A stretch of DNA of 64,000 bases from Flaccisagitta enflata (Eukaryota). The stretch lies in assembly GCA_965153355.1 (NCBI GenBank), contig OZ231126.1:7564001-7628000 (forward strand), given 5' to 3'. Below are positions 57,046 through 64,000 of this stretch, piece by piece (the stretch's first letter is position 1; each line of letters starts with the position of its first letter). The notes under the pieces are model-generated. The model had not been told where the DNA came from. It searched no databases and saw only the letters and a program-made list of their open reading frames with translations. A program made the position numbers and the translations under genes.

Positions 57046-57963
57046 CTGAAAAGAGGGAGAGACAATTGATTGATTAGATGATTGATTGATTGATTGATGA
57101 GAATCTTGTCGTATTCGCGATCGTGAAATTTGACTGTCTTGATGTTGTCAAAGATCGAGAGCAGATGAGACTGAAAAGAGGGGAAAGAAAACGGATTGAT
57201 TGATTAAATGATTGATTAATTGGTTGATTGATTGATTTATCAATCAGAATCTTGTTGTGTTCACGATCGAAAAATTTGTCTGTCATGATGTTGTCAAAGA
57301 TCGAGAGCAGATGAGACTGGAAAGAGGGGAAAGAAAACGGATTGATTGATTAAATGATTGAATAATTGGTTGATTGATTGATTTATCAATCAGAATCTTG
57401 TGTTCACGATCGAAAAATTTGTCTGTCATGATGTTGTCAAAGATCGTGAGCAGATGAGACTGGAAAGAGGGGAAAGAAAACGGATTGATTGATTAAATAA
57501 TATAGGGGTCAGTCAAGGCTGTTTCAATTAATGTCCGCGGTTAAAATATCGCAATCCCGAATTCTTGACTTCTGATGTATCGGCTTTTTTTTTTGTCAGT
57601 CTTTTGTCACGTCGCAGACCGGCCCAATAAAGATCTTAAAATGGTTCAACCTCAATCAAATCATCAAACCATCATCAGATCAGCCCCATATCGCTTTTTG
57701 AGCAGCGGCCACGAAGGAAACAGAGATCTTGCGTTTCTAGCTGTGCCAACTACGGTTACAATTTTTTTTTCAAACACCTGTCAAAATGATCAAATTTGTG
57801 GGTAACAGGAAATTAATAAAAACGTAGCTAATTCCTTTAGATCTCCTGGAGAAAACAGTTACTTTTTGAATAATGACCTGTTGTTTATTTATCTCAATAG
57901 TATATCAATAAATGAACAGATCGTTTGGACAGACACAAACCCATACATGGGTAGACATCAACC

Positions 57964-60900
57964 ATGGGTTTTTGCACGGATCTTCGTCAAGCATTTGTCA
58001 TTCTAATAAAAGGATTATTCACGTGGCCTCCTCGCTTTATTCTCCTCACCACAATCCTCTACTACTTTGATATTGGATCAGATGTCGTTTTAGGCATTCG
58101 ATACCTCATCGACGGCGACATATGGTGGGGACAGCTGACTCTGGCTTTTGTCGCTTTCCCATTGTTGGTGGCATTTGCCCCTGGCTGCGCTCCAACTGTC
58201 AACAGGAGTACAAAAAGACTTTTTGATTTACCCCACAACGTTGGTCCCTGTTTCGCCGCCGTGGGTTTGATTCCCATCGCGAATCAAGTGGACGCGGCTA
58301 AGATGGCCGCCAACGGGATAACGGACCTCTCGCGTCCCAAAATCCACGCGTCTCTGGTTTTCATCATCGAGATGTTGTCGGAGGCCGTTCCTCAGCTTAC
58401 CCTACAATTGTACATCGCCAGTAAGACCAACAGCTTAGATTGGCTCGAGATTCTCTCCATGGGTTCTTCCTTACTCACCATTTCTTTGTCTGGCGTCGAT
58501 CATTTGATGATTTTTTTTCGGCTTCACGATCACGAAAGGCCCCGTTTAACCACCACTTGGCCGCGACGTGCCGTAGCCACGGTGATTTTTATAGTTTGGA
58601 TCTTTCTGCAAGTTTCCACCGTGGCTCCATCCATGGCCCTTCGAGGCTCTCTGGGAGGACTGATTTCTTCGGCGTTGAATCAGGGCCTGTTTCTTCTTGT
58701 GACAATCGCGTTTTGAAAGAGCCACTCAGTCGCGTCGCTCGCCACGTTTGTTCGCTCGCACCGCTCACTCAGCTCACGCACTCCACAGCGCTCCGTTTCG
58801 CTACGCTCTCTTTGCTCGCTTGCTCTGTTTGCGTGCTTGCGTGCTTGCTCACTCACTTCGCTCACTCCCTCGTGGGACGGTTGAAATTCATACATGTGTT
58901 CACGCTGTGAATGCGTTCAATGGGAAGAAACGCGATAGTTGCTGTCACTGGAAACACGCCCTCAGAGTTACGACCCAAGCGATGATGAAGCGCTGCGAAC
59001 GAGCGCCGAGTTTGGCGTTTCCGTTATCGTTGCTCTTGTTGCTTTTTGCTTCTCCAACTCTCTAACTCGTCTCGTGATCACTCGACGATTCCCCAAAATA
59101 CGGACCCTGGTACTGCTGCTCGTTTCTCTGCTAGTCCACATTTTTGTCGGTCACGTTTCTTTGCGCCTATCCACGAGTTGGTTTCTCGGTCTCGCTCCTT
59201 TCCTTTCTTTGTCATCTTCTTCTTCCTCCATTCCTTCCTTTGTCTGGCCTGACACTCATCCTTTCATTCGCGACTGGATTCTTCATAGCCAAATCCTTCC
59301 TCTGCCTTACAACGCGAGTGACATCAACATCACTTTAACACCTTCGGACTTGTGCAACGTTACCACGGATAATGAGAAGCTTTAATTCACAATCAATCAA
59401 TAATTCATGATTATAATGATTATCATTATCATCGGCATTATCGGCATCATCATCATAATCATCATCGTCGTCATTGTTGCCATCATCATAATCATCATCA
59501 ACGTTCTTGTCAATTAGAATTCGAAAAAAAGTCTTAAACTTGGGATTTCTCCACTCCTTCGAGTCCCTCCTCCTTTTTCTTGACACGTATTTTCGGCAAT
59601 TTAACATCCCTCAATTACAAGCTGCTTGCACTGCACTGCCGTTTTTGACTCGTTGTTGTCCAGTTCCCGGCTCTATTGAAAGGCTTGCAGCTTTATAAAA
59701 GTCACTGGTGCACTCACTTTCTTGCTAGCATGAACAGTTGTTACCTGGGGTATTTTAAAATTCAAAGGAGTTCAAGGAACGCAATATCTCATTTTTGAGA
59801 ACAAGACCAAATACACGTCCAATGCCTGTTGCGGACGGGTGGGCAGGGGTGGAAATGCATGTTTTAACACTTTTCAACTCAATCATGATGGACCAACGGA
59901 CCGACGGACTCATCAGCAATTGGCGCAACTTTCAAACAAGTGACACGGGGTCACAATATCGTTGCGGACGGGTAGGCAGGGGTATCCAACCCCCACCCAC
60001 ACCCCAACCTCCAATCCCACACACAAACACCAACAAAAAAGTAACTTAAATGCTCGTTTTTCCACTTTTCGACTCGATCACCACGGACCGACGGACGGAC
60101 CAACGGACGGACAAAGCCTCTTATAGAGTTGCGTGTCCGCAACTAAAAATGTATCAAATCACATATTTCAAAAAGTATAGATTTATTCAGTTTGCATGGG
60201 AATTGCATGGGAATTCCTTCATTTTATTTTGTCGCAGATGAAGGCATATTTCGAGTGCCGCCTAGCGTCAAAACTTCGCCCTTATCTTTGTCCTTGTATG
60301 CAGGAGGAATCTGCTTAACTGAATACGCTGAGGAGATTTATCTCTACATCACACGGGGCAGCGTCGTCTGGTTTGCCTACGGCATATTGTTGTTTTGCTG
60401 TTGGCCGCTGATCGACAAGAAATTGTTTCCCTACGACGAAGACAACGAGCAAGCCATTGATGGCCCAATTGAACAGTTTGTGGAATGGACAATATTCCGA
60501 CGTGACACCATTTTCAGGTTTGTTTCAAACGCTGCCGCGTCAGAAGGTCCGTTATGATCTGGTCTGCAGGAACCACATTAGGGAAAAAAGCGCCAAAAGG
60601 GTAGTGAACTTAAACATCGCTGACCATGACGATAGACCCACACCCCCACAAGTCTAAGAAAATAGATCTGTTTGAAAGATGTTTTCTTAGTAGAAAATCT
60701 TAGCTGCTTAAACATTTAGGTTCTACAACCTTGGAAATAAGTTTATCGCATAACTTAAAGCCTCATATCTCCTTTACAAATAACAAAATCTAAGAAAAAT
60801 TGGTGAGGTTCTGAAACGTCTTTGAATTTTCTAACAGTTGGCGCCAACCGCGTTACTGTGCATCTAACCATTTAGAAATGAGAGCTGAATGAAGTTAGGT

Positions 60901-62124
60901 ACCTGTTTAGAAAAATGGCATAAAAAAGGCATTTTTAAAACGCGGTTCAAGGGAGATTGCGCACCCGCTCATCTGGCTGTTTCAACAAAGCAATGGCATC
61001 AAAGGCGCAGTGTCAAAGGGCAAACACTTCTCCAGTTAGCCCAGGAACAGCCCAGAACTCAAGCTGATTGAATCTCGATGGTCCCAATTGAGGCAATGGC
61101 AAAGTCAAGAATGTGCAACATGGATGGCAGGACTGAAAAAAAATTGTGCTTAAGTCTGGAGGAAGATCACACTATCATACCTTCAGTCGCAGTGCAAAAG
61201 CATGCTAAGACGCAGGGCAGCGTTTAAAAAGATCAAGTAGGGTGAGACCAAGTATTAAGCTTGTCACAGACATGTTAATTGTACTATCTTGTCCATAAAA
61301 TGCCCCTTAATCAATAATGCGATAAACTTTTTTCCAAGATAGTATCATTTACTGACTATGTAGTTCAAGTCTCTGACTAGCATTGTCATGGCTGACGGCC
61401 CTGAATTTTGCATTTCATGTATGAGGGTATTTTTACTCCATTTTCCTAGATCTCATAAAATTGCACTTTTGAGTTCATTTAGTACTCAGAGGTTTATACC
61501 TTGTCCTCTATATGAATGCCCTGCCCTGAAACTAAACCAAGAGGATAAATTTGGTCTATCTATATTAATATTTGGTAAGAGACGAATGATTTTAGGCCTA
61601 AAATGATTCTATTTCCAGATATTGTATAAATGATGGGACTGTGCCCAGAAGATCTAAAAGATCAAGTAAAACAAAAAGACGAGCCAAAGCACATGCATAT
61701 TGCATATTGCTTTTAATCTAATAACAGGAAAGCTGCTGCCCAAGGCGAAGAAGAAGACACTACAGTTTTGTTGCAAAATGATGTCATGGACGAAAGCGCC
61801 GACCCTCGGGATGCTGCCGATGAATCCCTGAAAGGAGAGACTCGCGAAGATGACGTCAGAGGTTCGCTGTTGCGATTTGATGTCCATGATATCGTCGACG
61901 CTCATCACGCGACAAATGAAGACGCGAGAGAAGAAACCATTGACGAAGACACTTTGCTGCTGCAGGCTAACGCTCACAAAATGGCCCAAGCTCGCGACGC
62001 AGCAGAGAAGGCTAACAAAAGAGCCCCTGACAATGACGTCACCGTTCCGCTGCTGCAGTTTGACGACAATGAAAATGTCAACGCTTCGCTACTGCAAGTC
62101 CATTACAGCGTGAACTTTTTGTGA
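57964..62124 (+). CDS. XK-related (Xkr/CED-8-like) membrane protein; segments 57964-58682 + 58965-59368, 60238-60517, 61728-62124; possibly disrupted
   Basis: YYFDIGSD..WWGQLTL and EMLSEAVPQLTLQLYI XK motifs; frame restored by removing the MITE; exon 2-3 junction in phase; exon 1 donor reads G|ATAATG rather than G|GT. Confidence 0.72.
58683..58961. mobile_element. PIF/Harbinger-type MITE inside the XK-related coding sequence
   Basis: GGGCCTGTTTC...GAAACACGCCC termini with 3-bp TSD TCA; related copy at ~54843-55276. Confidence 0.8.
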
Positions 62125-62148
62125 CTAAACAGCTTCAATCGTGCTGGA

Positions 62149-62459
62149 CAGTCAGCGGACAAAACATGATAGGTATGTACATCATACCGTTGGTTTAGAT
62201 CCAACTTGCTGATAGTATATAAAATATGGTATGCAACAACCAGTGGTTTGAATAACACCCGGCTGTAATATTACAAAATTGTAGCATTACAGTCGGCTGT
62301 GATTCTAATAACCCATTGTTGAATACAACATTTTGTTTGTTACAGCCGGCTGTAACTTGAGCAACTGATTTTTGTATACAATATTTTGTTTTTGAGCAGT
62401 ATGTTTGATCGAAGCCAGTAGTATGATAAATATACCCATAGTGTGTTGTCCACTGACTG
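62149..62459. mobile_element. MITE-like element
   Basis: CAGTCAGCGGACAA...TTGTCCACTGACTG inverted termini. Confidence 0.55.
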
Positions 62460-63776
62460 TGGAGTGGGTGTGGTTGTGGTACTAATAAGTGTCTGTTTGT
62501 TTCGATAAACTGTGCGCCATTCTTGATGTCAAATGATATATCTAAATTAATATTTATTGTTTATTTAGCTTCTAAACTTGTCTGTACGCTAACTGTTAGT
62601 TATAGGCTGAAAGAAACAAGTAAATCCTTTCTTTATTGTACTTTGAAAAAAAAAACAATTACCAAGTTTATCATTGCTGCGCCAACTATCGTCAAATCTT
62701 GAGCAATTCATTGATCGTTATTTGTGAGAAACGCCAAATATCTCATCCGCACTTGAATTAGTGATACCAAGAACAAATACGATACATGGCAAGCAGCATT
62801 TTTTTCATTTTTCAAATTCTCAGTAGTAAGTGTGTCTTGTTAAACAAGGCTAGATACACAATTACCCAATACCAAAGTCGCTGGGCAGGGGCAGTGATAA
62901 AAAGTTTGAAATATCATCCGGCCAGGAACAGTGCCATAAATAACGCCTATGAACGCCAAAAAAACATGTTGTTACCGACAGACCAACCAACCAACATAGC
63001 GAGTTTTAGAGTAGCGAAGTGGCTATATCACTGTCAAGATTTCATTTTGTGCATGCCTCAATTTGATATCTATGCTGTTCCTTTGGGTGATGTACGAGCC
63101 ATAAGAATGAGGTCATAATTTGTAAAATAACTTTTTCCCTTCTTGTAACTTGGACTCAAGTGTAGAAAGAACAAGCACGATCGGGCAACGATGCATCCTG
63201 AGTGAGTCTCTGCGTGTTTTGAATTATGCGCTTATCATTGCCTAAATATTGAGGGGTAGAAAGGCTGACAGACAGAGGAGAAGACAGAGTGGAAAAGAGG
63301 CCCCCATTAAACGGCATTCAATCGCATCTTCCATTTTGTTTCTCAGATAAAAATTAAAGATACTTACAGGAATGTTGAGGTTTTAGTCGACAAAGAATAA
63401 TGCAGTCGAACCTTTCCCAGTACCGGTGACTACCAAAGCAGCGTTTGGTTAGGAATTTGGCATCGCCGTGGCAAAAAAAAAAAGCTGAGAAATGCGTTTT
63501 ATGAACAAGGGTAACATAAGGACGCACGGACTGACCGACGGACAGACAGGCCCTGTAATAAATATTCGACTTCGAGGATGCCTAAAAAAATTCACACGAT
63601 AGCATCTCCTATGGTTAATTCAGATAATTTAGATTTAAATAAGTAAGAGCTCCTAAGGCTCTTGTCCTTATTCTGGTTTTTTGGTTGCAATGTAATGTTG
63701 TCCTACTCATATAGATTATTGCACTGTATTGGCCATTCTGAGCGAGTCAGAATATTACTTCTACGAAAACGATAGC

Positions 63777-63833
<57 letters not shown>

Positions 63834-64000
63834 GACTGGGTGGGTAAAAAATTTTGTACTTGCTCTATAGCTTGAAAACCATACTTGCTATGGCGGTTTT
63901 TAGCAAAAATTTGAAAGAATTTGAATTTCTCCAAATTTTGGTGTTCTTCTATAGATTTGATGGCTAGTACGAGATTTTTTGCACACCCTGTTAGATAGAT

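Noticed and set aside
63400-63450. Minus-strand VVTGTGKG resembling a Walker A or a dynein exon
   Set aside because: In-frame stop follows within about ten codons and the flanks do not match dynein.

Overview
Repeat-rich, intron-rich eukaryotic (animal-like) genomic DNA with a 10-N assembly gap at 16842-16851. Eight exons of an axonemal outer-arm dynein heavy chain (DNAH5/8-like) lie on the minus strand in two clusters, 55420-57045 and 12162-15792. About 200 aa expected between the clusters (most of AAA1) was not found. Around and between them on the plus strand are: an apparently intact Ty3/Gypsy retrotransposon (gag, -1 frameshift, pol, a 2.46-kb LTR holding two antisense tRNA-like segments, then a second PBS); a Helentron-type PIF1 helicase-endonuclease ORF cut by the gap; a 5'-less, frameshifted TRIM37 copy; an intronless MPPED-like metallophosphoesterase; and an XK-related gene interrupted by a Harbinger-type MITE. 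A very G-rich CR1/L2-group LINE lies on the minus strand. There are many MITEs, HINE-like elements, minisatellites and microsatellites. The most striking unexplained pattern is that six of the eight dynein exons have degenerate tandem 'echo' copies of their own splice junctions in the adjacent intron. All assignments come from manual reading and recalled protein motifs; no searches were run.
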